This document shows, one piece after another, positions 38,837 through 48,756 of a stretch of 64,000 bases of DNA. Source of the DNA: Candidatus Aenigmatarchaeota archaeon (lineage in GTDB: Archaea; EX4484-52); the NCBI GenBank assembly GCA_023137195.1, contig JAGLPV010000015.1, forward strand, positions 39,168-103,167, in the 5' to 3' direction. Within the stretch, counting starts at the first letter, position 1, and every line of letters starts with the position of its first letter. The translations under genes were made by a program, and so were the position numbers. The notes under the pieces are model-generated. The model searched no databases. It saw only the letters and a list, made by a program, of their open reading frames with translations, and was not told where the DNA came from.

Positions 38837-40297
38837 TTATTCGTCTTTTAATTTATACCTGTGCACCCAATCGTAATGGATGCCCCCGTCCCTTGAAAAA
38901 ATGCGACCTTCTTCGCTTAATTTTGTGAAATATTGTTCTGACCTTTTTTCTGTCCAGTTCATGAGCTCCACTATGTTTGCAATGATATCCTCTTTTGTTT
39001 TATCTGAGATTAAAATCGCTCTTCTGATATCCAATGGGATTTCGACCTTCCATTCCCTTTCTTTTAGATTGTATTTTTTTTCTTCATCAATCTTTTCTAT
39101 GACCTGGGTTATATTTTTCTCAAAAGTATTGATTACATTTTTTTGTATTTTTTGATTATTCTTTTCAAAGGCAGTATAATAAGAAGTTATTCTTGCGCAT
39201 TGTATTTCAATCAAATCCATGTCGTAAATGTTATTAAATATTATTTCTTCTGTTTTGTTCATCCATGAGCTGATTTTTAATATTGAAGAATCAAGAACCT
39301 GATTGAATGATTTTGAAGTTAGTTGCTTATCTCCCAAACAGCCGTAATATATCAAAGAATTTTGCAGGGCGGTATTGTTCGCGATGTCCTTTTCTCCATA
39401 AACATTAATCCCGTCTATTGCATATTTGTATTCAGATTCCCGGATATTGTTGTCTTTTATTTTTGAAGCAACATTCCATGATAAGACATTGTAGTTCTTT
39501 AAGATTTCCCTGTTTTTTCGCATGGATTCAAATTCCTTTATTGTCCCGTTTAATTCATTTAAAATGCCTACATGCTCAAGAGTAATTCCATAATCTGAAT
39601 TATTCAAATACTTGTCAAAAACATCCACATCTTTTTTTGTCCGGGAATCGTATATATAAGAAGCTCCTAATCCATCTACATACGTCTTTCTATCCAAAAT
39701 ATCCGAGCCAATGTAAGGAGATAAAAGGGAATCTGAGACATGGTTGTCTCTCATGCTTAATGAAGATATTTCTGTAATGCTTTTTTGCATCTCTTTTAGC
39801 GTCAGGACAGGATACTTTGGGTTGTTGTCTTTTGAAATTTTTAATGTGGTCGCCTCCGGCTTACTCATAAGGGAAAATAATTCATAATAGTTTTTATTGT
39901 GTTCTAGTTTACTGCCTGTTATTTTTTTTATTTTAATAGAATAAGGTATGTCTGAATCCAATTTTGTTTCATACGGGGCGATTATTATTGTCATTAAATC
40001 ATTCCTAGATAATTCTGCATAAAAATTATATAACTTAAAACCACTATCTGATTCCATGCATTTGTTTCTTTTAAATATAAACTGTATTTTTTTAATTAGT
40101 AGTTTTGAAGGTTTTTTTATCAATTCCAGATATCCTTCTATTGCCTTGATTTTTTTTCCGGATCTTAATTTTGCATTTGCCTGCGAATAGAGCTTTTGAT
40201 TTAGAGGTAGTTTTTTGATTGCTGTGGAATCATAATTTTCATAAAAATTCTTTTTTCCTGAATATCCTATTTCTTCAATTAATTCTTCAAATGACAT
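38837..40297 (-). CDS. Hypothetical protein, possible degenerate MCM-like protein with C-terminal winged helix
   Basis: Starts 1 nt after the mcm stop; C-terminal FTKLSEEGRIF winged-helix pattern; no Walker A. Confidence 0.6.
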   Translation of the reverse strand: MSFEELIEEIGYSGKKNFYENYDSTAIKKLPLNQKLYSQANAKLRSGKKIKAIEGYLELIKKPSKLLIKKIQFIFKRNKCMESDSGFKLYNFYAELSRNDLMTIIIAPYETKLDSDIPYSIKIKKITGSKLEHNKNYYELFSLMSKPEATTLKISKDNNPKYPVLTLKEMQKSITEISSLSMRDNHVSDSLLSPYIGSDILDRKTYVDGLGASYIYDSRTKKDVDVFDKYLNNSDYGITLEHVGILNELNGTIKEFESMRKNREILKNYNVLSWNVASKIKDNNIRESEYKYAIDGINVYGEKDIANNTALQNSLIYYGCLGDKQLTSKSFNQVLDSSILKISSWMNKTEEIIFNNIYDMDLIEIQCARITSYYTAFEKNNQKIQKNVINTFEKNITQVIEKIDEEKKYNLKEREWKVEIPLDIRRAILISDKTKEDIIANIVELMNWTEKRSEQYFTKLSEEGRIFSRDGGIHYDWVHRYKLKDE

Positions 40298-40298
40298 A

Positions 40299-42350
40299 TT
40301 ACAACCTCTTTATTTTGCCTACACTTGGCTCGTAGATATCGCCGCTTTGTTTTAGTTTGGATATAAATATCTCGGCATCAACGCGACTTATTTTTTCGTT
40401 TTCTGCCTGCTCTATCACATCATCCATAAGAGCAACAGATTGTGGACTTGAGCCCTGTAGTTCCTCGATTATTTTTAGCATCATGTATAGTTTATTTCTC
40501 TGGGCACTGGATGTTCTTCCTTCCATCCTGTCTATGTCTATTTCTCCTGTTTCAGGGTCCACGCCGATTTGCGTCAGGCAATATCTCACTATTTTTATTG
40601 CCTGCTTTGCATCCTCCTTCGTCACTTCCTCAGACAGTCGTATCTTTGCAGAAGCCTCAGAAAGACGGATTAGTGCTTCCAACTGTCTTGCGCCGATAGG
40701 AACGATATTTTTATCTTCAGAAGCGTATTTGTTTCTTAGAGTTACATAAAACTTTTCAATTTCTACCATAGCATCCTTCATGAGTTTTGGGCGCATATGG
40801 ATTTTTGCGTAAGCGATATATTTTCTCAACAGTTCCCGCTCTATTGGTGTTTCTTCTTCTACTTCTTCTTCATGTATCCTTAAAATATGCTTTACGAGCT
40901 TTGAATCTCTTTTTTTGTCAGGAATATCTCTTATGGCGAATATTAAATCAAAACGGGAAAGCAGAGTGTCCGGGATGTCTATCTGCTCTACAATGGAGCT
41001 GTTGGGGTCAAATCTTCCGAATTTTGGATTCGCGGCTGCAAGAACTGTTGTCTGGGCTTGAAGTGTTGCCTGGATGTTTGCTTTTGAAATGGTTATAGTC
41101 TGTTGTTCCAGCGCTTCGTGCATTGCAGAACGGTCTTCCTTGCTCATCTTGTCCAGTTCATCAATAAGCGCCATCCCTTTGTTTGCAAGAACCAATGCAC
41201 CTGCTTCCAGTGCCCACCCTCGCATAAATTCATCCTTTACGACAGTCGCTGTAATTCCTGCTCCTGTAGTTGATTTTCCCACGATGTATCTTGCCTTTGG
41301 AGCCAACTTTGACACATATTTAAGTATCTGTGATTTACCTCCGCCTGGGTCTCCTACAAGAAATATATGGATGTCTCCCCTGCTTGTGACTCCGTCAGAT
41401 CTTTCCTTTCTTGAACCGCCAAACAGCTGGTACATAATCGCTTCTTTTATTTTTTCATGACCGTATATGGATGGAGCTATGGATTTTACTATATTTGCAT
41501 AGACTTCCGGGTCAGCGGCGTATTCTTTTATTTTCTTTTCTTCTTCTTTGCTTATTTCAATATCTTCAAATTCATGTTCTATTATAAATAAGTAATTTGC
41601 TTCCAGAAAAATGTCTCTCCTTCTTGTCTCTTTGCCCTCCTCCACTCGCATAGGCATATCTCTTAAAATTCCGGTCAGGTTGACCTTGGAACCAGGGACT
41701 ACGCTTCTCTGAAAAAGAGGATCTACTAAATCATCTCTTAAAAACACGCCCAGTTTTCTTGGCTGTGCGCCACCTTCTAATTTTTCCGGTAGTTCTTCTA
41801 TTTCCAGCCGCTGGACATCCCTTAATTTTCTCATTGTCTGGGTAAATCCTCTCTTGTTTCCGCATTCGCAAACATAGGGCTTTTTTAGATAGGTGTCTTC
41901 CTGTATGACTGTTGTCTTGGCGTTACAGGCAGGACAGGTAAATGTTATGAAAATGATTTCCGGTCTTACTTCAGATGCCTGTTTTATTATTCCTTCAAAC
42001 GAGACAAATTTTTTGAGGTGCTCACTTCTTAAGTTCTTTATTTTCAGGACTTTGTGTTCAGGGAGATTAAATACTCTTACTGTTTTTTTACCCTCTATGT
42101 CTAAATCAACCTTGTTTATTGCTTCCTCTACGTACTCGAACCATTCGTCCGGGCGGTTGATGAGGGCGTCTGATAATTTTGTGCTGTATTTGTCCAAGTC
42201 TGCAAAATCAACGAGAAGGGGTTTTCCGGCAGAAAAACTCTTCCGGGCTTTTTTTAAGTATTTTTTTTCAAAAAAAGAAGTGAGTTGTTCTACTAATTCG
42301 TCATCGTATGCATTTTCTTCCTCAGAAAATAGATTTTGTTCACTACCCAT
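40299..42350 (-). CDS. mcm: Replicative helicase MCM
   Basis: Zn finger CPAC..CECG, GDPGGGKSQ, IDELDKM, MHEALEQQ, LLSRFDL, C-terminal winged helix. Confidence 0.97.
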   Translation of the reverse strand: MGSEQNLFSEEENAYDDELVEQLTSFFEKKYLKKARKSFSAGKPLLVDFADLDKYSTKLSDALINRPDEWFEYVEEAINKVDLDIEGKKTVRVFNLPEHKVLKIKNLRSEHLKKFVSFEGIIKQASEVRPEIIFITFTCPACNAKTTVIQEDTYLKKPYVCECGNKRGFTQTMRKLRDVQRLEIEELPEKLEGGAQPRKLGVFLRDDLVDPLFQRSVVPGSKVNLTGILRDMPMRVEEGKETRRRDIFLEANYLFIIEHEFEDIEISKEEEKKIKEYAADPEVYANIVKSIAPSIYGHEKIKEAIMYQLFGGSRKERSDGVTSRGDIHIFLVGDPGGGKSQILKYVSKLAPKARYIVGKSTTGAGITATVVKDEFMRGWALEAGALVLANKGMALIDELDKMSKEDRSAMHEALEQQTITISKANIQATLQAQTTVLAAANPKFGRFDPNSSIVEQIDIPDTLLSRFDLIFAIRDIPDKKRDSKLVKHILRIHEEEVEEETPIERELLRKYIAYAKIHMRPKLMKDAMVEIEKFYVTLRNKYASEDKNIVPIGARQLEALIRLSEASAKIRLSEEVTKEDAKQAIKIVRYCLTQIGVDPETGEIDIDRMEGRTSSAQRNKLYMMLKIIEELQGSSPQSVALMDDVIEQAENEKISRVDAEIFISKLKQSGDIYEPSVGKIKRL

Positions 42351-43142
42351 ACTACAAAAATAAAATTTATTAAATCTTATTTTTTTAAATCACCTCCACT
42401 CAAATAGATATAATTTGCTTCTAAATATAAGTCCCTTAGTGTTGTTTCTTTATTATTTTCTGATGATTTGTCGCGTAATATTCCTGTTAAATATATTTCT
42501 TTGCCAATATTCTGCTCAAATAAAGGATTGACCAAATCACCATTTAACTCAATATCAATATCTTTTTTTTTAATCCCTATTTTATTGTTTTTATAAGTCA
42601 TTTGCCCTTTTAGATTTTGAGTATTTCTATATTTTTTCATTTCTTGTGTGAAACCACGCTTGTTTCCACATTCGCACATAAATGGCTTTTTTACGAACAT
42701 TTCATCCTGTATTACTATTTTTTTAGCGTTGCAGGCGGGACAGACGAATGTTATGTAAATAATGCGGGGTTTGACTCCATATACTTTCTTTATTGTCCCT
42801 TCAAACGAGACAAATTTATTCAAGTTCTCGCATATTAAGTCCTTTATTTTCAGGATTTTGTGCTTAGGGAGATTAAATGCCATTACTGCTCTTTTTCCAT
42901 CAACTCCAAAATCAATTTTCTCCAGCGCACCATTACTGCATTCAAACCAATCCTCTGGTCGGTTGATGAGGGCGTCTGACAATTTTGTGCTATACTTGTC
43001 TAAGTCTGCAAAATCAACGAGAAGGGGTTTTCCGGCAGAAAAACTCTTCCGGGCTTTTTTTAAGTATTTTTTTTCAAAAAAAGAAGTGAGCTGTTCTACT
43101 AATTCGTCATCGTATGCATTTTCTTCCTCAGAAAATAGATTT
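42154..43142. repeat. 183-bp near-identical direct repeat (42154-42336 and 42960-43142)
   Basis: 5' ends of mcm and its upstream paralog; about 5 synonymous mismatches counted by eye. Confidence 0.9.
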
Positions 43143-43156
43143 GACTCAGCCCCCAT
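42377..43156 (-). CDS. MCM N-terminal-domain-only paralog (no AAA+ domain)
   Basis: First ~62 aa identical to MCM, retains Zn finger and OB fold to YLEANYI, then stops. Confidence 0.85.
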   Translation of the reverse strand: MGAESNLFSEEENAYDDELVEQLTSFFEKKYLKKARKSFSAGKPLLVDFADLDKYSTKLSDALINRPEDWFECSNGALEKIDFGVDGKRAVMAFNLPKHKILKIKDLICENLNKFVSFEGTIKKVYGVKPRIIYITFVCPACNAKKIVIQDEMFVKKPFMCECGNKRGFTQEMKKYRNTQNLKGQMTYKNNKIGIKKKDIDIELNGDLVNPLFEQNIGKEIYLTGILRDKSSENNKETTLRDLYLEANYIYLSGGDLKK

Positions 43157-43239
43157 CACAATATATAGATATTAAGATTAAAAAATTAGTGTTTTGTTAC
43201 AATGTCCGGCCTATAATTATTATTGACCAAGAGACTTCT

Positions 43240-44556
43240 TTAATCTTTCAAATTTTTCATAAACGTAAAAAACTTTTCAATTATGTAACTCAACTGTTCT
43301 TCTTTCAAGCCAGGATAGACGCCAATCCAAAACATATCCTTCATAATGGTGTCTGTATTGGATAAATCACCATGTGTCCGATATTTTATATTTTCAAAAC
43401 AAGGGTGTCTTGTAATATTTCCTGCAAAAAGCATTCGTGTTGCAATTTTATTCTCTTCCAGATATTTTACAATCTCATCTCTTGTAAAACCTACGTCTTT
43501 TCTCACAGTAATAGGAAATCCAAACCAACTTGGTTCGGCTTCAGGTTCTGTTTTTGGCAAGATAAAGTATTTTTCATATTTCTTTAAACTCTCGTATATC
43601 CTTTTATAATTGTCCTTTCGTGCTTGTATAAAAGATGGCAATTTTTTAAGTTGTTCTACTCCTATTGCCGCCTGCATATCTGTAATTTTCAGATTATAGC
43701 CTATATGCGAATAAATATACTTGTGGTCATATCCATAAGGCAATGTTCCTAACTTCTGGCTGAATCTTTTATTACATGTATTGTCGTGCCCTGGCTCACA
43801 CCAACAATCCCTCCCCCAATCTCTAAAAGACTTTATCAATCTCTTTAATTGACTGTCATTTGTTACTAATGCGCCTCCTTCGCCCATGGTCATATGATGG
43901 GCAGGGAAAAAACTGGATGTGGCTATATGCCCAAAAGTACCGGTGTATTTTCCGTTGTATTTTGATCCTAACGAATCGCAGTTATCTTCCACCACCCAAA
44001 GATTGTGTTTTTGAGCTATTTCCATTACTTTTTTTATGTCAAATGGGTTGCCCAGAGTATGAGCTAAAAAAATAGCCTTGGTTTTTTCAGAGATTGCACT
44101 TTCAATTTTATCTGCCTGTATATTATAAGTTCCAATGTCTATATCCAGAAAAACCGGAACCAGATTATTCTGTATGATTGGATTTACGGTAGTGGGAAAG
44201 GCGCAGGCTATTGTTATGACCTCATCGCCGGGTTTTAGTCTTTTTTCTCCTAATTTGGGTGATGTCAAAGCGGATATGGCCAAAAGATTTGCAGAAGAAC
44301 CGGAGTTTGTCAAAATGCAATGTTTTGTCCCTAAAAATTTAGCAAATTCTTCCTCAAATTGATTTGCAAATCTCCCTGCGGTGAGCCAGAAATCCAAAGC
44401 CGAATCAACAAGAGAAATCATTTCTTTATCGTCGTATACGCGACCAGCATAAGAAAGATATGTTTCACCAGAAATAAATTGCTTATTTTTGTGTTTTTCC
44501 CTATAATATTCAGATACGAGATTAAAAATCTCTTTTTTCAAGTCCTTATTTTCCAT
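43240..44556 (-). CDS. rfbH: CDP-6-deoxy-D-xylo-4-hexulose 3-dehydrase RfbH/DdhC
   Basis: LDFWLTAG, NSGSSANL, SFFPAHHMTMGEGG, RDWGRDCWCEPG, YDHKYIY. Confidence 0.93.
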   Translation of the reverse strand: MENKDLKKEIFNLVSEYYREKHKNKQFISGETYLSYAGRVYDDKEMISLVDSALDFWLTAGRFANQFEEEFAKFLGTKHCILTNSGSSANLLAISALTSPKLGEKRLKPGDEVITIACAFPTTVNPIIQNNLVPVFLDIDIGTYNIQADKIESAISEKTKAIFLAHTLGNPFDIKKVMEIAQKHNLWVVEDNCDSLGSKYNGKYTGTFGHIATSSFFPAHHMTMGEGGALVTNDSQLKRLIKSFRDWGRDCWCEPGHDNTCNKRFSQKLGTLPYGYDHKYIYSHIGYNLKITDMQAAIGVEQLKKLPSFIQARKDNYKRIYESLKKYEKYFILPKTEPEAEPSWFGFPITVRKDVGFTRDEIVKYLEENKIATRMLFAGNITRHPCFENIKYRTHGDLSNTDTIMKDMFWIGVYPGLKEEQLSYIIEKFFTFMKNLKD

Positions 44557-45898
44557 AATTTAATCCAACTCCTTTGTATTTTTTATAATGTTTTTTATTT
44601 AATTTTCTTCGTCCATCAATAATCAATGGCTGTTTTTCTAATTTATTTAACGAAATATGCAAATCATCAAATTCATCCCAATGTGTGATTAAAATTACTA
44701 CATCAACACAATCTAAACTTTCATCCAGTGTCTTAGTATATTTTATGTTTGTTGTACCCAATATTTTTTTTGCTTCTTCCATTGCTATTGGATCGTATGC
44801 CCGAACATTAACTCCTTTTTGAATTAATGATTCGATAACCAGAAGTGCGGGTGACTCTCTCATATCATCGGTATTTGCTTTGAAAGCCAATCCCAATACT
44901 GCCACATTTAAATTTTCAAAAGATTCAAAATGATCGTCAAGAATATCTATTAATTTTTTCGGTTGTTTTTTATTAATTTCTATGACGGATTTTAACAAAG
45001 CCGGCTTCTGTCCTTTAGATTCAGCATAACTAACAAGTGCTTTTATATCTTTTGGGAAACAACTTCCTCCAAATCCACAACCTGCTTCCAGATAACTTAA
45101 AAACGCGGGATTCACTCTTTCTCCTCCAGGCATTATAGTATTGAGACGTTTGTCTAAATGAACGCCTGCCATAACATCTTTTACATCCACTTCCTTTGTC
45201 AAAGCGCATATATTTGCAATTTCATTTGAGAAACTTATAAATGTTGCCAGTAGACTGTTGGAGGCATATTTTATCATCTCTGCCGTTTTATTGTTTGTTA
45301 ATATCATATCGACATCGTCGAAATTTTCATACAATTGCAATATATTTTTCATTGTCTCTTCATCTATTCCTCCAATTATAATGCGGTCAGGATTCATAAA
45401 ATCTTTTATGGCGCAACCTTCTCTTAAAAATTCAGGATTCATCCCGACGCCAAAATCAATCCCTGCTTTTTTCTTTGAATGTTTTTCAAGAGCAGGCACT
45501 ATTACTTCATCTGTGGTTCCAGGAATGACTGTGCTCTTTACAACCACAGTATGATAGGATTGCTTCTCTTTTAACGTGGCTCCTATCTGCTCTGATGCCT
45601 TTTTTATAAAAGTTAAATCAATATTTTTTCCGTCAAATGGCGTGCCAACAGCAATAATTGAAATATCGCTTTCCAGTACTGCTCTTTTTAAGTCTGTAGT
45701 TGCGACAAGGTGCTTGTTTTTTATATTTTTTCCTAATAATTCTTCCAAGCCGTTCTCAAATATCGGCGGAATGCAGTTATTTATTTTTTCAATTTTTTCT
45801 TTATCTATATCTATGCAAACAACAGAATGTCCTTTTTCAGCCAAGCATACTCCTGAAACCAGTCCTACATACCCTGTTCCTATTATAGATACTCTCAT
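44546..45898 (-). CDS. UDP-glucose/GDP-mannose dehydrogenase family protein
   Basis: GTGYVG, AVGTP, NPEFLREG, GFGGSCFPKD. Confidence 0.92.
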   Translation of the reverse strand: MRVSIIGTGYVGLVSGVCLAEKGHSVVCIDIDKEKIEKINNCIPPIFENGLEELLGKNIKNKHLVATTDLKRAVLESDISIIAVGTPFDGKNIDLTFIKKASEQIGATLKEKQSYHTVVVKSTVIPGTTDEVIVPALEKHSKKKAGIDFGVGMNPEFLREGCAIKDFMNPDRIIIGGIDEETMKNILQLYENFDDVDMILTNNKTAEMIKYASNSLLATFISFSNEIANICALTKEVDVKDVMAGVHLDKRLNTIMPGGERVNPAFLSYLEAGCGFGGSCFPKDIKALVSYAESKGQKPALLKSVIEINKKQPKKLIDILDDHFESFENLNVAVLGLAFKANTDDMRESPALLVIESLIQKGVNVRAYDPIAMEEAKKILGTTNIKYTKTLDESLDCVDVVILITHWDEFDDLHISLNKLEKQPLIIDGRRKLNKKHYKKYKGVGLNYGK

Positions 45899-47007
45899 TT
45901 TTTCGCCTTCTTTGTAAAATTTTCGCTGTACCAATACATTGTTCTTAGTAAGCCTTCATCAATGTCCACTGATGGACAATAGCCAATATGCTCTATGGCT
46001 TTGCTGATATCCGGACATCTGCGGTTCGGAGAATCTGTGAGATATTCTTCATCCTTACTGTCTTTATAGATTATTTCGCCAGTATATCCAAAATGCCTTT
46101 TTCCAATATCCACTAATCTTTTTGCAAGATCCAGCATAGATATTTCCGGCTCCATCACACCAATATTGTATGATTCTCCATGTCGCCCCTTTATCAATAT
46201 CTTATAATATCCTACAACAGCATCAGATACATAACAAAAGGTTCTTGTCGGGGATCCGTCAGAAAGCATTACAATATCTTCGCCGGAAAGTATATTTCTC
46301 GCAAAATCAGGTATTACTCTTTTGTCATTTATGTTTAACCCCGGACCATAATTGTTGAATGGGCGTGCTATTTTGACAGGAAGCCTGTGCTGTTTTGCAA
46401 AATTGATGCATAATGTTTCTCCATATCTTTTCGATTCATCATAACATGCCCTGGGTCCTATACATGAAACATTTCCCCTGTATGTCTCAGGAGTAGGAAT
46501 ATTATCATGCGTAGGATCCCCGTAAATCTCACTGCTGGAGAAAAATAAAAAACCTTCTATTGGTTTGTTGTTGTTCTTTTGTCTTACTGCATATTCCAGC
46601 AAATGTCGCAGTCCGTCAACATTGGCATGCATGGTCTCCAAAGGGTATATCCTATAGTAATGAGGAGACGCAATTGAAGCGGCATGAATAATATAATGAA
46701 AATTAGCCTCTGTTTGAGTAATTGGTTTTGTGATGTCTTTATCTATAATTTTTATGTCTTCTCTTTTTTTTAGTTCTGTAATCCATTCCGGAATCCCTCG
46801 CGAAAAATTATCATACACCCATATTTTAATCGGTTTTTTATTTTTATTAGTATCATTCCAGTGCAATACAGAGTTAATCAGGTAATGACCCAAAAAACCA
46901 GCCCCTCCTGTAATCAGTAAATTCTTACCAGACATTTTGTTAAATTCTTCTTTAGCATTGTCTGCAATATATTTCATGTCTTTTTCTACAATTTTATTTT
47001 TTTCCAT
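45895..47007 (-). CDS. NAD-dependent epimerase/dehydratase, UDP-glucuronate decarboxylase-like
   Basis: TGGAGFLG, HAASIASP, SSSEIYGDP, GPRACYDESKRYGE. Confidence 0.85.
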   Translation of the reverse strand: MEKNKIVEKDMKYIADNAKEEFNKMSGKNLLITGGAGFLGHYLINSVLHWNDTNKNKKPIKIWVYDNFSRGIPEWITELKKREDIKIIDKDITKPITQTEANFHYIIHAASIASPHYYRIYPLETMHANVDGLRHLLEYAVRQKNNNKPIEGFLFFSSSEIYGDPTHDNIPTPETYRGNVSCIGPRACYDESKRYGETLCINFAKQHRLPVKIARPFNNYGPGLNINDKRVIPDFARNILSGEDIVMLSDGSPTRTFCYVSDAVVGYYKILIKGRHGESYNIGVMEPEISMLDLAKRLVDIGKRHFGYTGEIIYKDSKDEEYLTDSPNRRCPDISKAIEHIGYCPSVDIDEGLLRTMYWYSENFTKKAKK

Positions 47008-47929
47008 GATAATTCAACATTTTTTTTATTCCTTCTTCCAAAGAGGTTTTCGGTTTCCATCCAAGCAATGTTTCTGCTTTTTTTATATTTGCCTCCATAT
47101 ACATCATTTCATTGGATCTGTATGGCAATGCTCCAAATTGAAGGAGATTTTTATCTGCGCCAATTTGCTTTGCTATTATTAAAGCAATATCTTTTAATAA
47201 TATTCCTTTGCCCGACCCAATGTTTATGATTTCTGCTTTTTTTTCTAAAGAAACATTTGATGCCAGAACATAAGCATCAATGATGTCTTCTACATATATG
47301 CAATCTCTTTTTTGTTCTCCACCAGTCATTTTTATTTCCTGATTTTTGCTTAATTTATCAATCATTTGCGGGAAAAACCTGTGCTGTCCTTCAGAATCCC
47401 CGAATGCACCAAATAGTCTAAGAACGATTAGATTTCCTGTTTCTATTTGCTTTGCCATAGAAACCAACAATTGGACTGAAGAAGCTTTTGTTATGTTGTA
47501 GATACCTATTGGTTCGAGAGAATCGCTTTCAGATATAGGTGTGTTTTTAGCTCCATATTCAAAGCAACTTCCTGTGTGTATAAATCGAGCGCCTTTGTTT
47601 TTAATAAATGCTTCAAATAAATTGACACTGGCTTTGATATTTATATCTATTGCCTGTTGTATGTTTTGCTGTCTATAATCCGTTCCATATGCGGCCAGAT
47701 GAAAAATAACATCCGGCTTTATTTTACTGATTAAAACTTTTACAGATTCAAAATCAGTCAAATCAATTACATGGTTATTATAACTTTCTTTAATGTCTTT
47801 AATTCTCTCCAAAATGCTGTTTTTTCTTGTCAGGATATGCACCTGACAATTTTCCTTTAACAAACGCTTCAATAAATTAGAACCAATGAATCCTGTGGCT
47901 CCAGTCATTAAAACATTCCTGTTTTGCAT
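46994..47929 (-). CDS. NAD-dependent epimerase/reductase (CDP-abequose/paratose synthase-like)
   Basis: TGATGFIGS, HLAAYG, GSCFEYG, YNITK, FGALPYRSNE. Confidence 0.8.
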   Translation of the reverse strand: MQNRNVLMTGATGFIGSNLLKRLLKENCQVHILTRKNSILERIKDIKESYNNHVIDLTDFESVKVLISKIKPDVIFHLAAYGTDYRQQNIQQAIDINIKASVNLFEAFIKNKGARFIHTGSCFEYGAKNTPISESDSLEPIGIYNITKASSVQLLVSMAKQIETGNLIVLRLFGAFGDSEGQHRFFPQMIDKLSKNQEIKMTGGEQKRDCIYVEDIIDAYVLASNVSLEKKAEIINIGSGKGILLKDIALIIAKQIGADKNLLQFGALPYRSNEMMYMEANIKKAETLLGWKPKTSLEEGIKKMLNYHGKK

Positions 47930-47931
47930 AA

Positions 47932-48699
47932 TCACCAAATTTTCCATTCTGGTTTTTCTGCCCACATTTTATTTAGTTGTTTAAAATGCTTGTATGTATC
48001 CATACAATGCCAAAATCCTTCATGTTTGTATAGTGCCACTTCTCCTTTTTCTGCTAATTTAGGCAATGTTGTATCTTCCAGCATACAATCCTCATCCTTT
48101 TTTATGAAATTAAATATTTCTTTATTAAAGACCATAAATCCGCCATTTATTAGGTCTTTAAGAATGGGTTTTTCCCTGAATTTTGTGACAACTCCTTCAG
48201 ATACATCCAGAACACCATATTTTGAAAACGGGTTGAGTCCTGTTATGGTGCACATTTTTCCCATTTTTTTATGGAACTTTAACAAGTCATTTATGTTTAT
48301 ATTTGCCAGACCATCCCCGTAAGTTGCCATAAAAACATCTTCGTCCTTCAGGTAGTCTTCACACCTTTTTAGTCTTTTTGCAGTCAATGATTTTATCCCT
48401 GTATCCACAAAGCTTATTTTCCAGTCTTCTATTTTTTCAAATTCATGATATTCTATTTTTTTATGTTTTAAATCCAGAGTAAAATCTGTTCTTGTTTTAT
48501 AATTAAGAAAATAATCTTTAATCATATCTCCTTTATACCCCAACGGAAGGATAAATTCTTTATGACCATAATAATCATATATTTTCATAATGTGCCATAT
48601 GATTGGTCTGTTCCCTACCAGAACCATTGGCTTGGGTTTGTATTCTGTTTCTTCTTTCAGTCGAGTGCCAATACCTCCGCAAAAAATAACTGTTTTCAT
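47932..48699 (-). CDS. rfbF: Glucose-1-phosphate cytidylyltransferase
   Basis: CGGIGTRLKEETEYKPKPMV, TYGDG, INGGF, HEGFWHCMDT. Confidence 0.93.
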   Translation of the reverse strand: MKTVIFCGGIGTRLKEETEYKPKPMVLVGNRPIIWHIMKIYDYYGHKEFILPLGYKGDMIKDYFLNYKTRTDFTLDLKHKKIEYHEFEKIEDWKISFVDTGIKSLTAKRLKRCEDYLKDEDVFMATYGDGLANININDLLKFHKKMGKMCTITGLNPFSKYGVLDVSEGVVTKFREKPILKDLINGGFMVFNKEIFNFIKKDEDCMLEDTTLPKLAEKGEVALYKHEGFWHCMDTYKHFKQLNKMWAEKPEWKIW

Positions 48700-48756
48700 A
48701 TCTTGTATTATTAGTGAGAGTTTTAAATGTTTTTTCTTCTTTGTTATCCTAAATAA

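Noticed and set aside
42154-43142. DGR template/variable repeat pair
   Set aside because: Mismatches are synonymous and not adenine-specific; no reverse transcriptase in the window
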